A stretch of DNA of 64,000 nt from Bigelowiella natans CCMP2755 (lineage: Eukaryota > Protista > Cercozoa), in contig ADNK01000048.1 in the NCBI GenBank assembly GCA_000320545.1, positions 62,001 to 126,000 of the forward strand, given 5' to 3'. A program made the translations under genes and the position numbers. Shown here in pieces: positions 38,011-51,686 of this stretch; position 1 is the stretch's first letter; the number at the start of each line of letters is the position of its first letter. Below the pieces are notes generated by a model. That model had not been told where the DNA came from, made no database searches, and saw only the letters and a list, made by a program, of their open reading frames with translations.

Positions 38011-40396
38011 GGGGAGGGATGACAAAATACCTTAGTTGGAGCACGAAATCTTGCCATCCTCTCGCATCCGCAAGTTCTGCTCCCTCCCCCCCTTTGAGAT
38101 GATGATGGGGAGAGCCACGATAGCTTCGATTACCACCACTACCACCACCACCATGAAATCGATGACGAACATTAGGTGAACTCCCCATGCCATGCAGATG
38201 TAAATCGCTGTACTCTCCATAGTTGCTGGCAGTAGCCACGTTTGCAGCCGCACGTCGTCGCCGCCGTCGCTGTGCAAAAACAGCATCGACGATGCCAGTC
38301 ACCCCAGCAGCTGCGAGGGTGAGGAGGTGCAGTCGAGTCACGGAAAAGTGCACGGTGAGTTCCCTCACAGCGCTCTTCACGCTGGCACTGGGCAGCACGT
38401 GAAACAGCAGCATCAGCTTGAAGAAGAACGTTTTCCAGTCTTTACACCCAGAGGGCGTCGTGGATGATAGCCTGACCTCCGACATCAGCGCAAACTCTGT
38501 TGTTGCAGCAGCGGCAGCAGCGGCAGATGGCTGTTTCGAATTCTGACGCTGGCGATGTAAGTCTGAGCGCCGCAATTGAACAAATCGCACTTCAGCGCGT
38601 TTGAGCGAGCCGCAAGTGATCCTTCGTCCCAAAAGTTTTGTCTTCTCGGAATCGTCTCCATCCCCCCCATCGTTGCAGCTGCTGCTGCGTGGTGAATATG
38701 TATCCTTCGATGTTAAAATGGGGTCCCCGTCTTCATTGATGGAGAGGAGAAGAGACGATGCTTCTATCAAAACAGTGTTCCTATTCCGCAGGCGCAGCCT
38801 GTATTTTCGAACAAGAGATGTGAAGATGATTATTAAATTGTCATCATGAGCATTACCGTTTTCCTCTTCACCGTTATCGTTATTTTCATTATGTATCATC
38901 ATCATTATCATCATTATCATTATCTTCAGCATCATCATCATCCTTATACGGGTCATCGTTGATGGTTTGTCGTAGTCGTCACTCAACTGTTCAAAACTCC
39001 AATGATCAGCGTCGTCTACTCGGACGCCTATGGCTATCTGTGCCACCTTGACGACCACCTCTGTCTTATTCATTCTTCTCATTTTCGATTTTTCTTGCGC
39101 TTGCACCTCTCTCTGCTCACCATCATCACTATTGTCTTCATAATCTTTATATTCCTTGCCTAATTCTTCTCCTCCTGCTCTTCCTCCCCTGTTTAGACGT
39201 GGAATGAACGGCAGAAGCTTGCTGACAATGGGGGTGACATTTCTGGCACTCACATCGAGAATGGCCACGATGCGGCCGGTCGTGACATGCAGCACCCCTC
39301 CACCGCTGTAAAGCTCAAAGCCATTCTTAGAGAGCTTGCTCGTTGCTTTCTGGATGACTGATTCCATTCTTTCAGCTAAGGGCGAGGCGCCATTGCCGGT
39401 GCTCGGCCTCTTCTTCTCAGCATCATTGCTATCAAGACCATCATCATCATTCTTGACATCATCATCAGTCGTTTCCTCTTTCGCAGCCTTCTCCCCCTCC
39501 TCCTCTTCCTCCTTCTGATCAGTTTCTTCAAAAAAGTTAAATCCCGTCACTTCCACGCGAGGAGGCTTGCAAGGCCCCGCACGCCCTGAATTTTCAGCCT
39601 TCTTTTGTGACTCCGACAATGAATCATGGCCATTATGGCCTTCCCCATTATCACAATCATCATCCACAGGACTTAGGAATGGGAGGGGCGACTTGCCTCC
39701 CCCTCCTCCAGATACCGACAGTATCAAAGGGCCATCTTTCGACGATGATGTGCATACCATGCCGCGCGTAGAAGTAAAAGCTGAAGCAGCACTAGTAGTT
39801 GTTGTTGTCGGGATAGCAGCACCACCGCTGCCATCAGCAGCAGCTTCTCTGGCTTCCATCCGATGTATCTTGATGAAAAAAGCTCGGACCTTATGATCAG
39901 GAAGGAATCTCGGGTTGTTGCTGGCTTCTCCCGATTGTTGTGTCGACTTCGCATCGTCAAAGTGCCGCTCCCCCTCAGCCTTTTTCTCACTGTCCGCACT
40001 GTCAGTCTTCTCCGCCCATGGCATGACAATTGTGGGGGTTGGCTTCCCGAAAGGCACTTCAATGCCCATCGATATGCCGCTAATTTCCAGCGACAGAAAC
40101 GCTGCAGATGCTTGACGACGAGCCGCGCGCGAGAGAGCAGAATCGCGGTCACGCTCGCGCATTGCTGACGAATGGCCGCTGGTGTTGATGGCATCGTTGT
40201 TGACGATGTCTTCGTTAAACAGATCGCTGCTCCCGATTGCTGCGCTCTCGTGGTAGAGCGCTGAGGAACCCAGCAGGGGTGAGACTCTTTGGGTGTGAGT
40301 GACAGGAGTAGTAGCAGGGCTGAAGCTAGGGCGGCGGATCGGTGTTGAGGACAGTGGCCTGCTACCAGTTGATGAGAACGTGAGCAATGGAAGCTG

Positions 40397-40427
<31 letters not shown>

Positions 40428-43179
40428 ATCTGCATCCTCGAGCCAAGCGGTGTCTCAGGTCGGATGTAAGCTGGGGAGATGACAGCTGCATCTGCAGCCC
40501 CAATACCATCGGGAAGGAGATGCAGTGATACTGTTGGAAATGACACCCGGAGGGCCAGGCGTGGGGTGGGGGCCACCTTTTCCACGCGGCGGACCAGCTT
40601 TCTCATCTCTTCCCGCTCTGCCTCGGTTGCTGGGTCAATTTCTTCTTCTGCCATGACGTAGTTCCAGGCAGATTCCAGCCATCCCATTCCTAATACAGAG
40701 CTGCTACCACTACTACCACTACTAGCTGCTGCTGGAACGTTGCTACTGCCATCATCCTCCATAGGGGTGCCAGTGGTCGTAGTAGCTTCATTGCTATGTG
40801 TACTGGTTGTAGTAGTAGTAGCCGCAGCAGCAGAGGTACTAAGCTCTGCAGATGCCGCTGTTCTCCCCGGGGGGGCGGCCTTCCCTCCTCGCAAATCACG
40901 CCCACCGTGTAGCTGCTGCTTTTGGAACTGCGAGGACTCCATTCCCGCGGCTCCTCGCACGGACGACTCGCGGTGGGAAGCACTGACAAAGTCTATTCGG
41001 CGGGCTATCGCAGGGGACGAAGAGGAAGGCACTCCTCGGGGTGGTATCATCGGCGGTCGCCCCTGCGGATGATGTCTACTGCTACTACCAGGGATTCGAT
41101 CGTGCGTCGGAGGCAGGCGGTGCTGCTGCTGTTGCTGCTGCAGTCTCGAAGAAGAGGCTTTGGAGAACACTGCATCTGACGGATCGATCTTGGTCTTACT
41201 AGGGCGTCTAGCGGCGGTACTGCTGCTGCTGCGGCTGCTCTCAAATACCCGCGACAAATGAGCAGCGATGCGCGATATCAATTGCACTTGGGCGGCAGTT
41301 ATGTGACTGATGTAAGGATGGAACGAGGGGAACGAATGCAAAGACAACCGACGACGGCAATTCGGTGAGGGATATGATGTGACGATGAGATGACATCGTC
41401 TCCTCTCATGTACTTTCTACCTTTCTTCTTTTCTCTCTAAAGCTACATCACAAGCATGCAAAAACGACTCAGACGGTGATTTTACATTGACAGCTCGGTC
41501 CCAAACATGGCTTCGACGGCTACAGAAGGGCCGCACGGCTCGCTAGGGAAGCCTTCCGCAGACGCTGCGGCACACGCCTCCACAGCACTTATCGCCCTCC
41601 TCGGAGGCAGTCCGCTTAGGAACACTCGTGCTCTAGCCTTCACATCCAACCGTGGGATGATATAACCTGCTGCCTCCACCATCGAGGGGTTACTATCATC
41701 AACCGCCATTTTCCTCCGGTCGTGGGACGAAAGCGTTGAGTGAGCGGGACTAGAATAGTTGCTCTGAGGAGTGTAGAGCTTGCCCCTGCTCGGATTACGC
41801 CTTCCGCTATCGCTGTTAAGGCGGAGGGAAAGTCCAGAGAGGGTGGCTAGCTTTAGGACGCGACGCCATGGCCCGTAGAGATCGGCCACACAAGCCTACG
41901 ATTAAGGTTTGAGGACAGAGAATTATAATATTAAATGCAAGTCAGAAATAGTGATTATAATGGTGGACGGATTCGATCATGACTTTGTGCACAGATTTGG
42001 ATCTCCCTTGTTACCTCCCATCTTGTATTGGCGGAAACTAGCTTCAGCTTTCCCAGCTCCAGCTCCAGGCTCGCAGAATGGGGCCTAGCTTGGATGGAGG
42101 GTCGTGGGCCATCATTCCCTTCGTCGCTGCCCATTAAGTGCTGGGACACTATCCTTAAATTCTCGATAGTCACGGTCAAATTCGCAAAAACCTTGACGGT
42201 AGAAACCGGTTAGAATAAGAACAGAGAACGGGCTGCTTGTGCAGATCTTAGTCACATGGGAACCTCGCTATAATGTGTTCTTTGGTTTTTGTCGGAAATT
42301 GGAGAGATATTTTTGGTACCTTCGCCAGGAGACTCCTAGCCCAAGTACTACCTTCACTACTACTATTAGCTCGTTCCCGACGCCCTTTCGTGTCTTCCTT
42401 AGAATTGAGGTCTTTCACAATGTCTAATATAAGGGCGGACAGAACATATTATCCCCCAGCCCAGTCATGGTGCGATTACTTTCATAAAACCTGGAGTATG
42501 AGGGGTGTCATCTGGGCTTTGGGGCGTTCCTGGAGTTGAGGGTCCTGTGGATGGGCGCGGGAAGGAGGTGGAAGACTGGGGCGCTACCTTCCGAGTCGTA
42601 GTACGAACCACACACTCTACAGAACGGAGTGTGATCTCCACCGGTTGACCTGAGCATACGGCTACTATCAACTTCATGCAACGATATCTAGTGTAGGAGC
42701 GAACTTTGCAATGCCATCCAGGGAATATGGATCCTCAGCTCACGAATGATCCCTCGAACCAGCTCGAAGCCGCTGCACATTAGGGGGGGGGATAGGTTTA
42801 GAGTGGTGCTAACATCATGCATCAGAGGAACACGTGGAGGAAGAATGTAATTCACGACCGAGGAATCTTAAGCTCTTTTTGTAGAACATCGAGCCGTAAC
42901 TACGGTACATCCATACATACTTGGTCACAAATTATCCATATACCCTCAAAAGGATGACGCAATGCCCGATAACTATGGTACGAATTAAAAGGTTCAAACC
43001 TCCAAATCATGAAGAACTACGTCTCCTCCCCACAGCGAGAGATTCAAGTCTGCCTGTATATTACTAAAGACACCATAGAGTTCAGGTCAGGGCTCGCGGT
43101 TTACTTCCTTCCGAATCGAGTACCTTATGTACTTCCGCGCATAGTGCAGAATGAGTCGAGTGAGGTAGCGCTGAAGCAT
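21013..43179 (-). CDS. VPS13B: VPS13B (COH1)-type bridge-like lipid-transfer protein, very large, with low-complexity insertions
   Basis: N-terminal chorein: MLQRYLTRLILHYARKYI|SNIQADLNLSLWGGDVVLHDLE|LRLDVLQKELKIPR|SGFELVRGIIRELRIHIPWMALQ|SQPVEITLRSVECVV. C-terminal VPS13B-type: LQVDSHVPKCEFPVVL; AQYLTDAIISAPIILG|SLQILGNPTFLVQ|SIMTGVTDFLTLP...SLVRHTSEGTLASLASITSSLARNLDRLS; GVVTEPIQGA...GVGTGLVGAITRPMSG. The long minus-strand ORFs link through GT-AG introns, except for one frame break near 24250. Confidence 0.9.
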
Positions 43180-43462
43180 TTAGATACGGTTGAAGATGCA
43201 ACCTATCCCGCTAAGCTCGGAGACAGCATAATATTGATAGAGGCTGCCAGCTTAAGGCTCCTTTCTTCATGAAAGCTCGGTACTCGAAGAGCTGGGCCCT
43301 TCCCTTCCATGAAGCGTCAGCCCTTGTGTATTTTTATTGTTGTTATTGTTGTTGGAGTAAAATGTATAGAACAACTTTTCTATCGATAATATATCTATAT
43401 GTATCATCGCCGACAAAATTGGCTCCTCTGTGGATTCGTTCGAAAATCTAGGTTTTTCCTAG

Positions 43463-43519
43463 GCTGAAGAAATACCTAATGTTTTCCTAGAAAACATTAC
43501 CGGTAGGTATTTCTTCAGC
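43463..43519. promoter_or_regulatory. 57-bp inverted repeat (hairpin) in the VPS13B/SerRS divergent intergenic region
   Basis: GCTGAAGAAATACCTA (43463-43478) pairs perfectly with TAGGTATTTCTTCAGC (43504-43519). Inner TAATGTTTTC (43477-43486) pairs with GAAAACATTA (43490-43499) around a CTA loop. The regulatory role is inferred from position only. Confidence 0.55.
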
Positions 43520-43766
43520 TCGAGTTTCTATTTGTTGAACGGGGTTGACAGTAGTGAAAATTGTCTTTGCGTCAACAATATTTCCATGTCGTCGGTAATA
43601 TATCGAGTGAACATCCTGGCCTTTGAAATCAGGGCACGTTCCTCCCGCTCAGCCGAAGCTTCTCTCCCCTGCCGAGCGCGTCGGGCTCGAACGGTGGAAT
43701 AAAAAGCAAGAACCATCGACGATTTGATATACGCCAGGTGACTTCGGGTTCGATATAGATCACGCA

Positions 43767-45464
43767 ATGGGCGTTGATATCAAGCGATTTCGGGAATATC
43801 TTGGCGCGGATTTGAAGGAGGTGGGGCAGCAGTTAGCCAGCGAAATTTTCTTGTGATCTTGCCTCTTTGCAGGTTCGAGAAAGCTTTCGCGCTCGTGGGG
43901 ATGATGAAAATGTAAGGAAGAATCGTAGCAGTGTTGTGGGCCTGCTTCTCTGATATTCACTTCTCACAGATTGTCGACTCCATCGTCGAAGCCGACGAGA
44001 GCTGGCGAAAGGGTCGGTGGTTTTTGACTTTAACAAATGATACTTATGTGATTAAATGGAGTCGCAAATATCCCACAGCTATATTTGAGCTCGAGAAGAT
44101 TCAATCAGAAGTTAATCATCTGGGGAAGCAAATTGGAAAGCTAAAAAAACAGAAACTCGAAGCGAAGGAGCTAATCTCCCAAGTTAGTCAACAACCATAG
44201 CTCTACCTGTCAGGTTCAGCTTCATAGACTTGTCACTACTCTGTCCAGGTGAGTGCATTGAAAGGCAAAAAGAAAGCGTTAGAGTCATCGACTAGCCAAA
44301 AGCGTGCTGAGCTGGACAAGCTTTTGAATAATGGTAAAGAAATCAAAACCCAATTAAATCCAATCAACCAATCAGTACTCGATGTTTGAATGGAGAAAAT
44401 TGCTCAGCTTGCGTTGTTCATGCTAAATTTCCATACGAATCCTCTCCCACTATGTATCAATCAGTTGGAAATTGGGTGCACAAAAGCGTTCCAGTTGGGA
44501 CTGAGAACAAACAGGTAGCGACGAGTATAATTTTACGATGATGATGCATGCTGGTCATCTTGCATCCCCTTGTCACCTCCAACAAATATCTTTGGATATA
44601 ATGCGTCGTATAACATCTTTTCACGTGCGTAATTCATTGTATAGATTCGTACATGGGGCAAATTTACGACTCAAGAGACATCGAAAACGACAGACACAAA
44701 GAAGATCCGTTCTCACGCTGAATTGTTGGCGATGATTGATGGTTTCGATCCGAAGAGGTATAAAAGATGACATACTATCCTAGAGTCATAGTAGAGTGGT
44801 AGCGGAGCAAGGATACATGCGCAGATGTCGGTACACCATGAATTGATCGCAGCTTTCTTATTGCTTACAGAGGCTGTGAGGTTGGAGGACTGCGCGGTTA
44901 TTTTCTGAAGGGGTGAGAGTGCAAACCGCTAGAACTTTACTTGACAACTAAAATTGGAAGGAAACTAGTCTAGAAGAGGGGACAAGCCAGTGATGGCAGT
45001 GATGCTAATCGCACAGGTATGGGATGCTCTTGAACCACGCACTTCAGGCCTATGCAATTCGATTCTTGGTTCAGAGGTAGCAAGCCCCCCCCCCCCCCTC
45101 CACCCTCTCCCTCTCCCTCTTTCTCTCTTTCTCTCATTCCTGGAATAACGCATGGTGCTGATCTGTGGATTATACCTTACAGGAAGTACATCCCTATTCA
45201 GCCTCCAACTATGATTCGGAAATCGGTGATGACGAAGGTCTACCCGATCATGCATGTGATAATGATGATGCCCTGGAAGTAATGAATTGTGCATATCCCG
45301 ATGAAAGGTAGCACAGCTGCGAACATTTGACGAGGACCTGTATCAGGTTTGTGGATGATTTTCCTCGATCGAAAATAATCAGGGTTGAGGCTTTTTAGGC
45401 CGAATAATTGTTCAGATAGCAATTGTAGAGATTCTCCTGCGACAACTATTTTCCTTTAATACTA

Positions 45465-45498
<34 letters not shown>

Positions 45499-46898
45499 AC
45501 TGCAGGTGGTAGGAGGAAAGGAAGATATGTATCTCGCGGTAAGATCCACTATGCTACCATTCGCATTATGAGCGTGGCAATATCATGTCTCTTCGTCCTC
45601 CACACGAGAATTGCTGATTGGAAGGATGTTGCTTTCTGTTCCTCACCAGGCCACATCCGAGCAGCCTCTCTGCGCTCTACATGCCAACGAAAGCTTGCCG
45701 GTGGGGAGCAGTTTCCTTCTGAACGATTCGAATATGATTGCATTAATTAGATCCCTCCTAACTGAAAGAAGATATACAAACCATTTAGTCATCCGAGTTG
45801 CCAATTTACTACTGCGGTCATTCTACGTGTTTTCGCAAGGAGCTTACAAGCCATGGGTTAGTGGATGTTTTTCCGGGGGGGGGGGCTGAACGAGCATAAC
45901 AGCAGTAACACGACTGCCAAATCAGTAAATAACATGAAATCTCGCTATATGTGAATTCAGTGTCGACGCCTCGGGAGTATTTCGAGTTCATCAATTCGAA
46001 AAAGTGGAGCAGGTATTACTCGTATGATCCACATTCAGACTAGTAGTTCTCTTACTGCTTACCTTGATTCTCTCAACTTCTCTTAAAAAGTTCGCGGTGT
46101 GTTCTCCGGACAAGTCATGGGAAATCCTGGAACAACTCCTGGCGACATCCGAGAAGTTCTATCAATCGCTCAATATTCCTTACCAGATCGTCAACATAGC
46201 TTCCAAGTCTCTATCAAAAGCAGCCGCCAAGAAATATGATCTTGAGGTCAAGCCACCATCCACAGTTCGAAGGCGGCTGAAATCTGATCGTTTGTTTGTT
46301 TCTCGTGCAAGTAGGGTTGGTTTCCAAGCCAGGGTTGTTGCCGAGAATTGGTGTCTTGCTCCAACTGCACTGATTATCAGGTATATCTGAGCTACACATA
46401 GTGATGATTTGCTTAGTTGATATCTGTATTTACAGTCAAGGGCTCTTCAAGTTCGCTTTGGCTATGCGCAGATGGGAATGGCTCATACCTCGAAGAGATT
46501 ACAAGTATCATGAAAATTAGAGAGATCATGATTTTAATGTACAAAGTCACATGTCGGCTTTCCATGTTTGGTATATCAACAGCACGTGCATATGCTGAAC
46601 TCCACCCTCTGCGCTTCCCAACGAACCCTTTGCTGCCTCCTTGAAAACTGCCAAACTTCCGCGGGAATAAGGTCTTTTTAGAAAGGCGTCCTAGCTAAAC
46701 TCTTCATATCTAGAGATATAAATAATTTATCTAACGATTCACAAATAATTCTCCAGAGTCCCGGAACCATTGGTTATATACGTGGGAACTTCATTCATTC
46801 CATTCGTCCACAAGGAACCCCCGTCTGCTTCTCCTGGTAGCGGCAATAAAGGGGGTAAAAAGAAAAAAAAGAGCCGGCGAAAAGATGCCAGAGATTAG
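43767..46898 (+). CDS. SARS: Cytosolic-type seryl-tRNA synthetase (class IIa), about 19 exons
   Basis: Spliced MGVDIKRFRE...; coiled-coil arm; [95 protein letters not shown] (motif 2); AAAKKYDLE|GWFP; RELVSCSNCTDYQ|SRAL; HMLNSTLCASQRTLCCLLEN (motif 3). Confidence 0.93.
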
Positions 46899-47868
46899 AT
46901 CGCACATGAGACTTCGTTCCTAGCTGCTGTGCATGTGTGTACTTGCATAGTATTTCGAATGCAATCGACTTAACGCAATCTAATCTACGAATGTTAACGC
47001 TACAATGTACGGCACGCATCGTATTCAGCAAGCTGTGCATGCGCATGCATAATTGGCTTGCTATCACATCTAACTTTGCCAACTATATATATATTATATA
47101 TTGTGTATTGCAATACACTATATATATATTATATATTGTTCTAGATCGATGTACCGAGTGACACATAGCGAAAATTTGTTCGCTCGTAACAATGTACGTA
47201 GATATTTTCACAGGAATTTGCCAATCTAGCAATAACACGCACGCATCGCACGCGAGTCAATGATATTAAAGAACATTATAACATGTATGAGACGGATGTA
47301 ATGAAGAATTAAATTTTTTCAATGGTCATCCTGATGTAGCTGTGCAATGCAGCGGCAACATGTATGTGCGCATACGTGTGCTAATGATCGAGCGTACACC
47401 TATGTAGGCAGCTAGTACGTATGCTAGATGCTATCATGCGTGCGATGTCTGCAAAAGCTAGGTAGCTGTAGCTTGCGCATTACTATAGAGCTATAGAGCA
47501 TTGTGAATCGAGGATCGCCTATCAAGCTAGCAAGCCATAAGTGATGATATGACACGCGACAAGTAGGACGCTTGCATTATTAATATACGAGTGTTAAGCG
47601 TGAGCGCATGTGTGAAATCGTAGATACGATTCTACGGTGTGCGGCAATGCATAGTTACGCTTACACATATGCTTGCTAGCAAATCATTTTAAACAATATC
47701 GTACTGCATTGCATACTAGTGACAGAAATCGATAAAATCATATCGCGTACACAGCACACGGATCGGGCAAGCTCCACGGACGAATCGAGAAAATTCTTTC
47801 ACATACTGGAGACAAATGCGATGTGGATAGGAACGAAGTTTGTTTACACGGTCCAGATTTTGCTTTTT

Positions 47869-49099
<1,231 letters not shown>

Positions 49100-50153
49100 T
49101 TTTCCTTAAATTCAGAAGCTGTGAAACGAATAGTGCCTTCAGTGGGGGGGGGTCAAACATGATGTGGGGGGGGGTAGTGCAAAAACTAGAGCTTCGCGGA
49201 AACAATTCTATAATGTTGGTGGCAACAACCGTGCGGTTGGGGTTGAAATATCACGTCCCTTTAAAACGAATATATTTACAACATCGAATGGACAAGATCA
49301 AAGGGGGGAGGGGTCAACCCCCTACGAAGATACCTCGTTATGTGGTGCGAAAGCGTGATCTGTGACTGTTGCTTCGAGCGACGTGCACCTGCGAGAAGCA
49401 TTCAGCCCTAATTTGAGCCATATGTTATTTTAAGGATGCCGTCAAATTTAATTAAAACTTGCCAATAGTTACTTGACGCAAAGGAAGAGGAAGGACGTTT
49501 CCAGTCTCATTTGAATTTCATTTCATTATCAGATTTTATTTTAATATTCTTCAGACTGTCTCGATATCCAAACGTTTCTTAGAAAATATTTGGTTCTAAA
49601 TTCTGGTGATAAGACAACAAAATACTCGAATATTTTCGACTTAATGGCCATTATCAGAATGTCGATCAAAATTCCAGCAAGGGGTCTCATTCTGAAATGA
49701 TATCTGGCTAAATGTTGTCGTTGTTAGGAAAACACCATTCTAATCAGCTTTATAATCCTACGAGTAGCTGGCATCTGAGAGAGAATCCGTGTGGAAATCA
49801 GGAAATATCAGGAACAATCTTTTTTTGAGAAGGGTACATTTTTTGTTTCTGTATGATCTGAAATTTTTTCTAGGTGAATTCACATATATGTTTTTGCCTT
49901 TAGAAGCACAGGAGAGTCTCCCGATACAGTAGGTGTGGTAAAATCTCCAATCAAATTCCCGAGCATTTTTCTGGTACGACATGTAAGATACACTTTCCCG
50001 CCAGCACTCACCAGCACGTATTAGCTGTTGGCTAGGGTGTAGATCAACAGATCAAGTCATCCATGAACATCAGGGGAACCCAAGCTGAGTTGTTTTTGTT
50101 CTTTACATGAGGGAAGATTCGCATTCCAGAAAAAATTAGATCAACTTTCTCTG

Positions 50154-51686
50154 ATGTCACACTCGAAATTCTTCGGATCCTCCTCAGTGCAGCAATCCAC
50201 CGACGGTTCGGCATCATCGGTGACATGTTATGACCCGGAAATTGAGCTTCTCAAAGCCAGAAGAAAGCGTAAACTTCGAGACGGGCCTGGTACGTAAACT
50301 CTACGAGTATTCTGAAATGTATGTCGATGAATAAGCCGTAACACTCTTCTTCAGGCGAACGAGCTTCGGAAGCTTCTTCAAGTGGCTCAAGTTCTGATGA
50401 GATCCTATCCAAACCAGAGACAGATACCTGTGCTGTCTGTTTGGAAACCCTCGGCTCGTTTAATCCGAATCCAAAAGCCGAATGTAGCAGAGAATCAAAG
50501 AATCTATCCTCGGATGAAAGCGCGATCCTTGTTCCGGATGGTAGTAAATACGATAAGCTGAAAGTACCAGGACGTCGGTGACTTAACTTATGTTTTATTC
50601 GTACAGCTTGCGATCATGCCTTTTGCTTCCGCTGTATCTTTTCTTGGGCAAAGGTGTATCAAAATTAAACTTTATGTGTTGGGGCACCACTGAAAGTTTT
50701 TTTCCTAAAACAGATATCCCATGCTTGTCCTCTCTGCAAAATTGAATTCAAGAAGTTCAAGCGTTTCCGGCCGATGAAGCTTATTAGGCATAAGAAAAGG
50801 AAAATAAGGTCGAATCAACGATTGGAAGTTAGTTTTTCCCGCCAAATGAATTATGATTAAATTGCTGTAGGCTCTGGAATCGTGCTTCGGGCTATGTATT
50901 CCCACCAGAACTTCCTGAGAAGGAGGCTGAGGAGGAAGATATGACCACGTGTCTCATATGCAATAGCGGGGAATGTGAGGAGCTCTTGATGCTATGTGAT
51001 GGGTGTGATGCTCCATATCACACTTACTGCCTATCGCCTGCTCTTTCGGAGGTTCCCCAAGGCGATTGGTTCTGCCGAGATTGCCAGGTAGTAACAAAAC
51101 AGATCTTTTAAACAATTAAGCCCTGGAAAGGCAAACTCCTAAGACGAAAGTGATCACTAATGAGCGTGACTAATAATTCCAGGACCAATATTCAAGTGAA
51201 GATCCCAACGGATCCTTTGTTGAGTCTCCCCAACACTTCTCTCAAAATGACGACGACACTGACGACGAAATTGAGGATGTCCACGAAAGTGATGGTGACT
51301 CAAAGCATGATCCCAACGGATCTTTTGTTGAGTCTCCTCAACATCAACCTCAAAATGACGACGATACCGATGACGAAATTGGGGATGTATATGAACCTCA
51401 TAGCTGGATCAAGAATGGTCCTGTTGAAAATTTCAATCACGAAGCAAAATCGCATGATGATACAACGCAACCAGATTCAGAAACAACTGGAAGCGAGCCT
51501 TTTAGAGGAGTAGTTGATGATAGCCAGGATAGCAGTGATGACGAAATTGAGGATTTTAGGATTCGAAAAGAATCACCTTCGAGAGATCGTTCGTCGTCCG
51601 CGTCATCTTCGAAGCATGATGCAAATGTTCTGGAAGAATTTCGATGTACTTTGAAATCGGGACCACAAGAGGATCACATGTGGTAA
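50154..51686 (+). CDS. RING + PHD finger protein (PHRF1/Asr1-like), multi-exon
   Basis: CAVCLETL...ACDHAFCFRCIFSWAK|ISHACPLCK (C3HC4 RING), then CLICNSGECEELLMLCDGCDAPYHTYCLSPALSEVPQGDWFCRDC (PHD), followed by an acidic tail. Start codon uncertain. Confidence 0.85.
51201..51395 (+). repeat. 108-bp-period tandem duplication within a coding exon
   Basis: Copies start at 51201 and 51309: DPNGSFVESPQHFSQNDDDTDDEIEDVHE and DPNGSFVESPQHQPQNDDDTDDEIGDVYE. Confidence 0.9.

Noticed and set aside
38799-38987. Possible GA-AG intron, or coding poly-Met/Ile segment, in the 1189-aa ORF
   Set aside because: A canonical in-frame 189-nt intron (CA|GTTGAG...TACAG|G) explains it.
21029-41179. Dozens of + strand ORFs over the VPS13B locus
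   Set aside because: Antisense shadows of GC-rich, trinucleotide-repeat coding sequence (poly-S/L/C/P) with no domain signal.
51160-51513. 117-aa T/M-rich ORF
   Set aside because: Off-frame reading of the last RING-PHD exon.
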